From contig OZ296648.1 in NCBI GenBank assembly GCA_965655095.1, positions 85,126,001 through 85,190,000 on the forward strand: DNA of 64,000 nucleotides, in the 5' to 3' direction. The stretch comes from Haplodiscus bocki (taxonomy: Eukaryota). The notes under the pieces are model-generated. The model made no database searches. It was not told the DNA's origin and saw nothing but the letters and a program-made list of their open reading frames with translations. Below, piece after piece: positions 1 through 12,800 of this stretch; position 1 is the first letter of the stretch, and every line of letters begins with the position of its first letter. The position numbers and the translations under genes are program-made.

Positions 1-800
1 GGAAGAGAAAAGTTACACTGTTGTCGGAATGTGAGAAAGTGAATGGTGGAAACTGTACAACACTGATGTATCAGTAAAGGAACACTTGAGAGAATCTCTC
101 CCATACAAGCTTCCATTGCGTCAGGAGCAGACATTGCAGAAGATAAAATCAGCCTCATTGTTTGGTTCCGTTCAGTGTGGTATCAAAGATCCAGAACATC
201 CAGACCAATTTGCAAGTTTCCAGCCAATTTTCGAAAATTCAAACTTATGTAGACAAGACATCGGACCATCAATGCAGGAGTGTGCTTACAAGAATAGGTT
301 AATGCCCAACCACGGCAAATGTTAGTTTCTAGCTTTGAGCTAACCATTGGTACTATGATTTCCCCCTTGCTAAATCTTTACTTGGAGATAAGACTTGTAT
401 GCCCAAAAAATTATCGCTTCCTTGAGTACACTCCAGTGAAATGTGTCAAGAACTTTGTGCAACCTGCAGTCAATGCTCGTCGTTAAAGAGACGAGAATAC
501 TAACTCCAGTGTTGTTGCACAAACAACGAAGCTGCTTGCAAACGGCTTGTATGGCAATCAAATTATGCACTGCAGTCGCCATTCAATTACAAAGTGTACG
601 AATGATGAAACGACACATGCAGCGGGCGATCAGCATTAAAATTTTTAACAGATTGGGACATATCAACGATCAACTTTACGAGGTAGAACTTACCAAATCT
701 GAAAACGAACATAAAGACCCAACCATTGTAAAATTCCTTATTCTACACTACGCTTTACTGAGAATGTTGGAACTCTAGTACAAATCTTTTACTAAACTTT
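1..800 (+). pseudogene. Decayed protein-primed family-B DNA polymerase of a Polinton/Maverick (adintovirus-like) element, running off the window start
   Basis: Stitched frames read ...WWKLYNTDVSVKEHLRESLPYK...LFGSVQCGI...FQPIFEN...FLEYTPVKCVKNFVQPAVNARR*RDENTNSSVVAQTTKLLANGLYGNQIM (PolB motif B, KLxxNxxYG, at ~529-567) ...DQLYEVEL...FLILHYALLRMLEL*Y. Several stops and frameshifts. Confidence 0.75.
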
Positions 801-3800
801 CCGATAGTGACATTGGAGACGGTCTCATGGCAAAATTTTGAAAAGTATTGGATGAAACATAAAATGTAAGTTCTACCCACCGTGGATTTCGCACAAAGAC
901 CCAATGTGTAGCAACTTACATGCAGCCAAAGAGAGAATTTTGTTTTGTTTACCCTGAACAAATTGTTGAGTCAGATGGATTTCATACTCTTCGGCCGAAT
1001 GTTCAAATTCTTTCTATACGAGGCAGTTTTTCAAATTATTTTCTAATTTACAGTTTTAAACTTCAAGTCAATCTTTGTACATAAAACCAAGCAACAACTT
1101 GTCGGCTTCCTCGATAAAGCATCGGCAGCGGTAACGGAAAATCAGCAAGCGTGATAAAATAACCGCCCCTGTCGTGCGTCTATGACTTCCTCATAAAAAA
1201 CTGCGCACGCGTACGGAAAAATCCACACGCGTTTCATACTAATTGCGTCTGGCTTTCAAAAAAGTCTCACACCATCCTCCTAGGTAAGAATCCCCATGGG
1301 ACTTTTCGTCCCTTCCCTTTACTTTTGCTTGTTTATTACTTTTGAACCCCTCGTTCTAACAAATTATTTTCGAAGCACAAAACCCATATTACATTGAAGT
1401 AAACCCAATCCTAAAGCATTGGGGTATCGTATTACATTGGGTTATCTTAATACCTTGAGGTAGTGTCTTTGGGTAGTATCAAAAAGTCTTAGTGCCGAAA
1501 AGTCTCAGAGCGCCGAAAAACACTACCTTGGGGTGAACCCTATCTTAAAACATCGAGTTAGTTTACCCAATCTCAAAACATTTGTGTACCTTGATATCTT
1601 GCGGTAATATCTTCGTGTATGGCCAAAAAATCTCACAGTGCCAAAAAACCCCGTCAAAATACCTTGACTCACGTATCAACAAAGGATCCGAGAAGGGTCG
1701 TCCTGCCCAAAGCACCTGTGTTGGCTCCATTTGGTCCTGGACCGCCATAGCGCTTTAGTTTATCTTACTGGATGTGGGTCTTTCACACCCCCCGGTCTGA
1801 TCAACTCTTTCTCTTATTACTAAGGCGCTTTTCGAATCATTGGCAGGTACCTGTTCAATTGCTTGTTGAGTAGAGCGCACTTTCGAACAAGCATCTAAAA
1901 AATGAACAACGCCTTTAAAAAGTAATGTGCCACATAGCATCTTTTTGAGTTCGAGACAGTGTGGGCTGTTTATTAGGTATGCCCAAGAAAGTTGCATGTT
2001 GAAGTTCTGATCTCTTAAAAGTTATTATTACCAATGAGGACACGGGAGATGAAAAAGTTGTTTTGACATATTGTTGAATGATTTTGGCCGTTTTGATAGC
2101 TTGAACGTTATAAATGTTACGTTCTTTAGGAACCTAGCAAAGCTATTTTTGGCGTTACCTTCTGTAAGTCTTTTAATCATTGAGCTGCTAGACAGCCACT
2201 TTAAAGAGATATAACAGTAGCAGTGTAAGAGGCAGCTTTAGTGCTTTTTGAATCAATTGCAGTTTTTACACAACTTCAGAGATTCTGCAGTAGACTGACA
2301 AAAAAAACTTGTCTGCTTTAAGAACAAGTGATGTCACAAGAGTGAACCAGAAAAAGATGAAATTTATTTCACAATGACCTATTTTTGTCAACGTAAAACA
2401 GAAATAACAATTACACTATCATGTAACAAAACCATGTTGGAAAATTTCCAAAACTCGGCGTTAGTGCAACTTTACGCAAAACCCAGTAAATTTCGGAATT
2501 TTCGAGAAATTTTTGCGGTATATCACCCAACTAACTCCCATAGAGTTTCCTAGAACATGTTTTATCACACACACCCGCCATCATCGACACCACAGTTTGA
2601 AACCAACATCGATGGAAATCAAGACTAGGCTAGAAACTCAGCTGATTTTAAGACAACATCTTCGGAATGAGAAAGAAAAAAATACATTACCCAGATGAGA
2701 TCTGTTGAAAACTGCGACGAAATGATTCGTCGTTGATTTAAACGCCACCCAGACTAGTGCCTTCCGTAAATTGTCGAGTAGTTTGAACTGATAGCTATTT
2801 TGTTCAAAGAGGGTTTCGAAAGAGATACAGTTCCCTTACCTTCAGAAAGCAAGATAACCAATGCTGAAACAAATGACTTTAAATATCGGGAACACTGATC
2901 GATCTTTTGGAAACATTTGGAGCATCAACAAACGGTTAATAAACTAAAAGAGTCCATGTTCATAGGAGTTAAATTATCTGTCTGGGGCTCATTATGTATG
3001 ATACATAACAGATAATATAACCAATATGCGCATAGATTGATTTATTTCCAGTTCCCATCTGAAGACTGTTTGGAGTGGAAAACAAACTCAAAAAAAAATT
3101 AGTGATGACTCTCGACAGAAACAACGGACTGAAGACAAAATCGAGCAGTTTCACCTAACCTGGAAAAAGCTGCAAAATGGAAGTAATGATTTTGTTCACC
3201 ACCCTTCTTTTTTACAATGGCAAGCTGAAAAGTATGGACATCTCAGTTGTTTGTCAATTTTGGTTGTCAGTACAAAGTAATATGGGACAAAGCTCCTTTA
3301 GCTGAGAATTTACTGAAGCTACATCATTAAGTAGCAATCACATCAATCTGCAGCTACAACTGCGGCAATCAAAACTTGATGCCACATGACAGCAACATAT
3401 AAGAAACGGACATGGTTCGTTCCCTTGGTCAGTGTTATTGTATTGATAGTGCTAAAGCACAGATCGAGCATAAAATCAGTCATCACTCAAGCTGGTTTTC
3501 ATACTCATCTTTGTTCGTTTCTTCTTTGATTAGACTCCAGAGTGTTCTTGCATCAATCTAGGTAGAAAATCCAATTTAAACATTTATCTCACCTTTCATA
3601 TGAGCGATACGAAGTGCGAACCGTTTTAGTTAACATGGAAGAGAAGTTTACGCTCAGTCTTATGAGTTTTCTTTTTCCCGGGACTTCAGGTTCCAAAATA
3701 CGTTTTAGCGATATGTTGAAGTATAAGAAAGGAAGCTAGCCATTACCGACATGTTTTGCGTCGAGCCATTCTGTTGAAAGGGTCTTTTGTGAACATGAAA

Positions 3801-6800
3801 TTGTTTCCTTTACGACTGCTCCGTTTCTTCATCAAATTTTGTAATCGTTTCAAATTAATTCTTTCTCAACCCAAAAACCTCACAAAATGCGGGAAACAAA
3901 TCTATGAGAAATAAAACCGTTTGAGACACCTTCTTCAGATGGTTTGCCACCTTTGAAATTTCTTTAAAAACATTCAAGATTGTTTTTTCGGAAAAAATCA
4001 TCCAGTTTTCCCAAGAGAGGTCAAAGTTCGAAACATTTTGAAATGGTTTACTTGCTTTTCCAATCACATTCTACAGCAACATTTTCTCCAAAATTTTCGT
4101 GAGAAAAAAACACGTTCAGAAACGTGCCCGAACGTCGTTCCACCGGAACGCAGTTTGCAAAACTCGACCGACAAAAATGAACCTATTTGACGAGATGACT
4201 TTGCTCTCATGTTATATAACATTGACGGGGAATAAAAAACGGAACAACTTTGTAAATGGAGAGACTAAATGAAATAGGCCTTGATTCAATTCAAATTCGA
4301 TTCAGTAAAAAAAAACTGCGCTTTGTCAACATTGTAGTTCTGTTGGGAAACCCTATAAGACCTGTGAACACATAAAAAAAAGCTCACAAAATTTGATTAA
4401 CTTCGGCTTCATTCCGTTGTACAGCATGGATGTGGATTCAGGAATAGCTACCAAAACCTGGGACTTGGTTACGTCTTTGCACTCCCGAGGAAAATTCTCC
4501 TCGCCAAATGTATATTTTTGGTACACTGCAGTGCTGTCATTTACTCGTTTCATACAAAATTCTACGAATGTTCACTTTAGGAAAAAAGTGTATTAACAAT
4601 TTTCGACTTTAAACCACATAGATTTCAGTCGTGCTCCTTTACTTGGAATTTTGAGTCTCCATCCCAAAATAAAGGACTGGAAGTTCAACAAGCGGATTGA
4701 AATCCACAACAACATTACTCTGTTCAGAGCTACACAAAGTTGCAGGTTGATGAAATTGATCTAGTTTGAGTCCACTCAATGAATACTTGATCTCACTACA
4801 ACGCCTTTGTCAGTTTTGAATGTTTTGTTGAAGTTGGCTGGACATCAATCCAATCTTGACCTGGATTAGTTATTACGTGTCGCTGCAGTGTCACTTCTCC
4901 GAATCGATCTTTATCGAAGGCACGTTTTTGTGAAACCAATGAGTGAAAAATCCTTTTGAATTGAAGATATGATGCGACCAAAAGAAAACATGCAAACGAT
5001 TTTTCGTCTGACTTTATAAAAGTTAGTGTTTGTCTGGGTCGTTCTGTTTAGTATTGGGTATTTGACACTGAGTTTTCAAATCGATCGTCTTTTTTGGGTG
5101 CTAGCGTTTTTACGGCCCTGAATTTGACACATCATCCCTGGCTCAAAAGCGTGATCAAAAAAGAAAAAAGTCTATTCGTCTAACGTCATTTGTGGGGCAG
5201 CAGGGTTCTGGTGAAACAGAATTGATGTCTCAAACTGAAAACAAGTTGAGAAAACATTTTGGTGAAACTAAGCTGTGAGATTCTTCTGTAATTTCATGTG
5301 TTTTCAACCTCAACACTTTCGACATCTGTCAAAACAACCACACGAAAAGACATCAAGCCATTGCCATTCCAATAAACAACCGTTGAAAAAGTGAAGCTGG
5401 TAAGGTGAGATTGCAAGTCACCTTTCTATTAAGATGCTTGCGAAGATCTGACTTTTTTCTAAATACATAATACCGGGAGATTTGCTAATGTACACTTGGT
5501 AACTTTTACAGACCATGCTTACCAGCAGGCCAAAAATCGGCAACTGTTGACTTTGTTGCGACGTAAATGGTTCATTTCAGAAATCCTCGGACTGGTGTTA
5601 TATAGACTAGTGGGCGACAAAAGACTTCCCGTGGAAGCGGAAATAAGTTTGAATAAAATACATTTAGTGCCTTGCTAATTTTTTGGGAACCACGGACACC
5701 TCCAAGAAAAGCGTTGCTCAAAACACAAGTGGTCCCCACGCGACTGTGTCTTTTATTTGCACGAATCGGTGGAAAGAAACTTTTATCGAGAAGTCATCGA
5801 TGCTTTTATACAAAAAACTAACTCAATAGAAAGAACTTTGTTCCAATCAAAAAATAGTTTATACCACTCAAAGAGAACTGTGAAAAATGCGATTTCTATA
5901 TCGAGGTTATGCTCAGTGAAATTCGAATCAATGCAAACAAAGCACAAAAGAATGGGACATGGCATGACACCCACATTCAGTTTTCGTGTGAGATGGTTTG
6001 CAGGATTAAAGAGGTGCGCCAGTTACCAGCTTCAAGAAGTTTTATGCAATTATTAGTTCTGATTGAATATTGTCTATTCCTCTAAAACTCGAGGAAACCA
6101 CTCAATGAAAAAGACTACACGAAAGTTTTTTTGGTTTAGATCGTAACTGGAAGGTTACATTTTTTTCTTATTCCCACAAACTTAGTTCAAGACAATATTC
6201 CCACTCTGAGAATAAAGGGCACCATTGCAGCGGCTACATACAATTCTTCGGGACACCTCGAAGGCTCGTGGTGCTGTGCAGAAAAAAAACACAGAGGGTC
6301 AACAACGGAAGACTTTGTGCTCAACAAAATTTGAAAACCAGATTGATAAAACCACGAAAACCGAAGTTGCTGCGTGTTACTTTACACACGTTAGACGACT
6401 GAACAAGAATGGTTGCGGACAGTGACAAAACGACTCATTTTGTTACCCTTGTGTTCTTGTTTGCTGAAGATACGCGGGCGCGACCACTATTGCCTTAAAA
6501 GTGATGAATGTAGTGTCATATCAACCCATCGGGACTCAAGTTGACTCCTTCATTATGACCGATAACTTCGTTTGTCAAACTTTCATTTTAGAAAAGACCT
6601 ACGAACAACTACATAAAACCAATTGACTTCACCCTGGAGCAACAAGGCATCAAAAATTGCCCAGATAATTACTGCCTAACACGAAAAAAATGCATAGCGA
6701 CAGGAGTAGTGGTTTTTTTCGGGGCAATCAACAAACAGAAATGGGAAGCTGCTCGAATATCAAGTGGATTTGATTATACTAAGATGCCCGTTTTTGCGAA

Positions 6801-9800
6801 GTCGCTCATCAAATTCAACTTCCTGGAAAGTGGAAGCTGCACTTTAACCAATGGGTTGTGATTATACAAACTGACCTTTCATCTATATTCATATCCCAAG
6901 TCAAACTCACTTCAAAAGAGATATGTTATTTACTATGTGACGCAGAATGAAAAATAGGAGCTAAAAACTTATATGCAAGATGAAGTGTTACTGCGGCAAT
7001 TTTGCCTTAGAGTTGGGCACTGGGTAACGCCGGAAACTTTGTAGATGTTGCAACTTTTGCTGTTGTTTACATTTCAGATACAATGGCTTCCAATCTGTCA
7101 AAAACTACAAAAACCACTGACTTTTACTGCTGAAAGCGTGAATCACGCAAAGATTTCTCGAACCTAAAAACTTATCTTTAACATACTGCAAAATTCACAA
7201 TTTTCACACGTCCTGCTGGAACTCGGCAGTCTCCGCTAAAGGAAACGCTTCCAAAAGAGCGTCGGAAAACAAACGGAGGTTTTTAGACAACTTTTCGACA
7301 CGCAGTGAGACGTGCAAACATCAAAACAAGCAGCGAAAACAAAAAATCAAACAATCAATGATACTATTTGGGTAGCTTGAAATTGAAGACAATGCGACGA
7401 TTTGGTCTGCTGATTTTGTCATTTTACGAAATGTGTCTGTACAATTCCAGGGAATGAAATTCTTTATGGTTTTGGTAGACAGTCTCCGTTGCTTGGTTTG
7501 GGTTTGGCTACGGAAGAAAAGGACAGTTGCAGAACGTCAACAGGCATTGGAAAAATTCACGGTTACACTTGGTTTGCGACATGACAACAAGACTGCAAGG
7601 TTGAAGACAAATTTTCATCGCAAAAGAGGGGGCGTTCAGTTGGAGCAAGAAATCATTTGGGGCGGCTCAGTTCGACAGTTTGTTGTTGAAATCTTCCTTC
7701 TCCCCTAATAGGACGACCCTTGAATAATTTTCATTACACACTGAAACCAAACGAGTTCTTGCTGCAAGCAACATTGGATGGGATCCTTGACAGCCCTTCT
7801 TTGAGATTTCTACATGAAAACAACTCCAGCTCTTGGATGGAAGCTTTTCGACACTTTTCAATTGTTGGTTTTGTCAAGTGAAGGTCTTCACCAGTTTTGT
7901 GCCAAAAAACCAGTGAAAAACTGTTGTTCTTCACTTGATGTCACTAAAATGTGGCAAAGATTTTCGCCAACACGAGTTGAAATTTGGTCGGCAGGTTTCA
8001 AGATAATCAAAAGTCATGCAATTTGATCAATATTAACGCTTTCATTCTAGCAAGATTGTGTTTACCATAGCCGCTGTGCAAAGAATGATCACTTCTACTC
8101 ACAGTGTGAATCACGCCAACATATAGGTATCTAAGGGCCAGTACGAAAAAACTGGGGTTCCGTGCTTTAAACAATCATCCATTTTGTCGTTTTTCAACGC
8201 TCTCTGCATTGCCATACTAATTCAGAGCACAACGTCCGTGCAAAACCCAATTTTATTCTAGTTTCCAAGGCATCCATGGGAACATTTCTAGGAAACACGA
8301 CTTCCCAGTGTACACCACTTTTAGACTCCAAAATCGATAGTCTTTTGTCATGGACCGCAACCACAGTTTCACCCAGACGACGTGTCTGCGTTTGGTCTCC
8401 ATTTGGACCCAATCGCGATGTCTATGTTGAAAAATTATATGTTGCCAGTGGCTAGAAGGTTAGATACAATATTATTTTCATCTTTTGTTTTGAAAGATTT
8501 GGCAGAAGAGATAGAGATGTGTTTCAGAAATCAATAACGCAGCCGTTAAATAATGCCCCCGAGTTTTGGTTAGCCAAAGCCAACGAAGTCAACGCTAAAG
8601 GCGGTATCGCGGGCAGCGTTGCAGCTGGTAGTCGCACAGAATGAGTCCGGGGGCGTGCAACCTCTGTTGCGAGCCCGCGCACTTGGTGCCAGCCAACAAA
8701 ATTCAAAACGAAGTCTAAAATAAGCTTCCAGTTTGGGTGTTTTTGGCTGCAAGAAAAAGCATTTTGAACAAAATCTTTCGACGTCCGACAACCAGCGTCG
8801 TCTTTAGTTCAAAACAACGACATTGCAAGGAGACGATTGGAACAGTCATTAATGGCTCCCTAACACGTTTCTTTACTCGATCGTTTCCCGTCAACTGACA
8901 CCAAGCGTTCTTGAACGTTTTGAGCGGCCAGAAGTTACGCGTTTTCAAGAAGGCTCTTCAGATCAATAAATTGATCCCCACGTCGGATGCTGCCGACACA
9001 AACTCGGCTTTTCCTCACACCGAAAACGAAAACGCTCTAAGGTTGAATCGCAACTGCCAAGAGGCAGAAGTTTGCACTTACCAGCTGGGTGGCCAGGGCC
9101 AGCGAGAAACTGCAAATGTAGACCTCTTTTTTGCTAACAACACCTTACTTTCCCAGTTCTAACGCGCGGAAGTGTTTCAAACTGAGAAATTGTTTTCTAG
9201 TAGAAACAACAACTACCAACATTTTGCTTCCCTTGAAAGGAAAGATATTGCCTACATACTTTTGAGAAAAAACTGCGTGCGCTCCTTTTCAAAGCTATAG
9301 CTGCAGAACAATTGCAGTGAAGAGTCAAAGAAGGAAATAAAAAACTTGTATATGATTTATAAAGGCCAGTCCTTTATTCTTGAGCTCCATGGAGGACCAC
9401 ATTTTACCTTCTCAATTGTGTGCGCCTCTTGTTGCCTTGGGTGACACAAAGTTTGTGTTCTAAGATCGCCAATTGATTTTACAATCAAACTAGTGGACGC
9501 CTGGCCAGCTTCAGACATGGAAAGTTTTGACCAGGAACCGTTATCGGTCAATATTGGTGAAACTTCGCTGTTCGCTACCAATGTTGACATATCCAACTGA
9601 GTCAAGGTCAGCATTGTAGGATATTCGAGAAAAACTACAACTCTTCACACCTATTTTGACAGCCTGAATGAAACGTTTTTCAAGCAGCATATTTTTTTTT
9701 TGATAAGGAAAGCTAGATTTAGCGATGAGCTTGTCCAAAAAATAACAATTTCAATGGTCAGGAAAATTTTTTAGCTGATCAACATTCAAAAACTCTCACT

Positions 9801-12800
9801 TTCATTGTCAAAAGTTCCAGCTCAGCAGAAACGGAAAAAAAGGTAGAGGCGTTCCAACTACTGACACACCGACAGATACCCGCAAAAAGCTACCCTTGAT
9901 TTACAAGACCACATGCGCTCCTGGTTTCAAAAAATACGACATTGGAATTTGAATTACCGACGTTATCAAGATGACTTTTTTTAATTCTTCATTCTATCTA
10001 CTTCCAGAGAAACAAGCAGGCCTATCGCTTCACGCCCAGACTTTACGGGATCTGATCTTACTTCGGAAAATAGGTTTTCGGAGGTATTGACTGATCTCAT
10101 AAAACTTTTCGTTGTCGGTGAGTGCTTGGTTAGGTCTTCATCGAGGCTATCTGTAACATTTCACCCCAACAGTCTCCTCAATGAAGAACCGAACTTCAGT
10201 TGAATTAATCCCAATTGGTTGTTTTGTGTCGATAGCAAACTTTGGTGAGGTTTTTTTTGGCAGATTTTTTCGGTTTGCTACATTGTTTGCCATCATGCCA
10301 CCGCGACATGCGAGTCGGATAACCAAAAAAAATTGTGAACTCTAACGGTTTTCCGCCACATGTCGAATCTTCCTTCAACATGTTTTCATCACGAGTTGGA
10401 GCTGTTGGAGAAGTATGGTTTTTTGCTTCATTCATGCAAACAAAAACACTCACGCGTCCAGTTATAAACAGAAATTAAGTTTGTATGTTGGGCAACCTGC
10501 AGATAAACCAAAAGGGTCACTGAACATTGTTTCATCCATTAGAAGGACGTTCCAAAAGTTGAAAAGTTAAACAGATATGATACCTGCACGTACATCTAGT
10601 TTGTCCGTTTTCAAACAATGCTGGTTGCTCTGTCTCCATGTTTCTCCTTCTCTGATACCCAAGTTTGGGTAGCAACCAAGGAGCCTGAATTGTCTCGATC
10701 CTTTTATTTTGCCCATTGTTCAACCAAAGAAAGCCTGCAGAATGATAATATGACATTGATTTGTTTAATTATGTAATCGTTACTGTGATGAAGTCCTTTT
10801 TTTTAAAAAAAACTGGCTGCTATAGCTTGTAAAACGGAATCTTTGATTTTTTTTGGGACTAAGGTAAAGACAATCTCGATACCCTTCAGTGCTAAAAGTC
10901 TGTGGGCTCAGCAGACCTTCAAACATACAATTGCTTTCTGAATCGTTTGTGTCTCCTTCACGACCGTGTATAGAAATCAGTTTAGTCACTCATATGAGAT
11001 GTTTTGGTTTCTTCTGTTTCACATTAAAAGGTCGGACAGTTAGCTAAGCGAATGAATGATTTGTATGCTTTTCTGTCGATATGGTTGCCGGAATCGACGC
11101 AATGAATCTCATTAAGAGTATCAGCAGGTTACAGGTTGTTTTGTCCGTTAGGAATGTATCATGGGTCAGGACTGGCTGGATGAAAAGAAGAAAGCCGATT
11201 TTTTTGAGTAGTTGAAGGTGGAAGCCATTCATTACACAGGAAGTTTCTAGTGTGTTAAAGAGAGCGCTAAAATTATAGAAAAAAGAAAAGCTTGCTGCTC
11301 TCCATGTACTGCCTAAAAGCCTATTTTTGTCAACAAATAGAGTGTTGGCGAGAACAAGCTGTCGTTTACTTGTCGTGATTGTTGGTAGAAGAAGCAATAC
11401 TGTCAAGTCCACGTGTTTTTGGCCACTTCCAAGATCTATGAAATGAACATTGTTCTTTTTTTCAGCATCGGTTCAAAAATGTCAAACAGGTCATTTTCAA
11501 TCATGAGTTGCGGCACGAGATGTATTACTGACAACAAACATCAAGTTTTGTTGCACGTTTTCTTTTGACTTTTCAGTCACATTGGTCATTTTTGCGAGAG
11601 ACGGCTTGGGGAGAGTTCCTTTGTGTGAGAGCGCAAAAAATCCTCCGAAAATGATATGTTGTTGCTGAGACAACACATTTTTTTTGATTTGCCAAGGTTA
11701 ATAGAGTTTGATGCGCCCTTGAGGCTAGCTATTTCGATCTTTCTCACACAGTGATTTTGGAGAGTAGAAAAGTTTCAGAGGAAAAAAGATGGAAAAGTTC
11801 CTTTAAAAGTTTTCCGGAAGCCTTGAGGGAAACAGGAAACTTGAGCCGATTTCAACTGCAACTTTTTCATCAAAATTTTGGAGAAATGGTTGATCGATCA
11901 AAAACAACTGTTTTCCAAATGATATTTGTCTGAACAATTGAAGATTCTTTTTCTTTTATTGGATTTCTATTCATTTGTTCCCATCATGTTAAATCTTTGA
12001 TAAAAAGCTTTTTCTTTTTGCGTCAGCAGTGTTTTATCACAGAAGAGTTTCGGGAACATTTGGATTAAAAGATTGACAAGATATCTAAATTATGTGCACT
12101 TTCCGGCAAGCTTGGCCTCTGATGAGGTTTCTGTTGGTTGAATAGACGTCACGATAATCCATTGTGAGGGCAATCCTTCCAAAATTTTTTAAGTTAGAAG
12201 TTTAATGGAAAAGTGAAACGCAAAAAGTTGAAGAAATAAAGATTCGAAATTGGGAGTGTAAAAAGAACCGATTACATTTTTCACTGCATCATCAGATTTC
12301 CAACGCAAAAAGCAAGAACCATCAATTTTTTCCATGTTCTTCCTGAAGTTGGCATGTTGTTTTTACTTCCTTGGTGAAGGAACTCAGCCTCGTGGTTGCA
12401 ACGAAATGTGAGTTCGATAACCTGAATGTATATATTGTGAACTTCTGTGGCATTTTCGGACGGTCATGGACTGGCAGCAACGGAAATTATACGCTCCAAG
12501 GGCTCAAATGTTAAGCTAGCAGCACTAATTACTCCAAATCAAAGAAAGCCTGCGATGAAGTTTTAGTTGTAACAGCGGTGCTTCTCCTTTTTACATAGAC
12601 CTAAGTATGTATAATTTGTTGAAATAAATGTTTTTTTTTACTTTCTCCTGAGAAAACCCTTCAAATTGTTTCCGACTACTCCAACAGCCTCGTGCGTTAA
12701 TAATTGAAGTGCTTTGTTTGTCGGAACGCCAATTGGTCCGGTATATCAGTCCTTACTTCCCAGGAATTGGACAAAAAATTCACATAAAACTCAAAAAGAC

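Noticed and set aside
2700-3480. Very weak Penelope-like remnants (LKESMFI; SMDIS...; MVRSLG)
   Set aside because: Too degraded to support a call by eye.
8194-8412. ELVWQCRER resembling a teneurin Tox-GHH region
   Set aside because: No downstream conserved residues in any frame.
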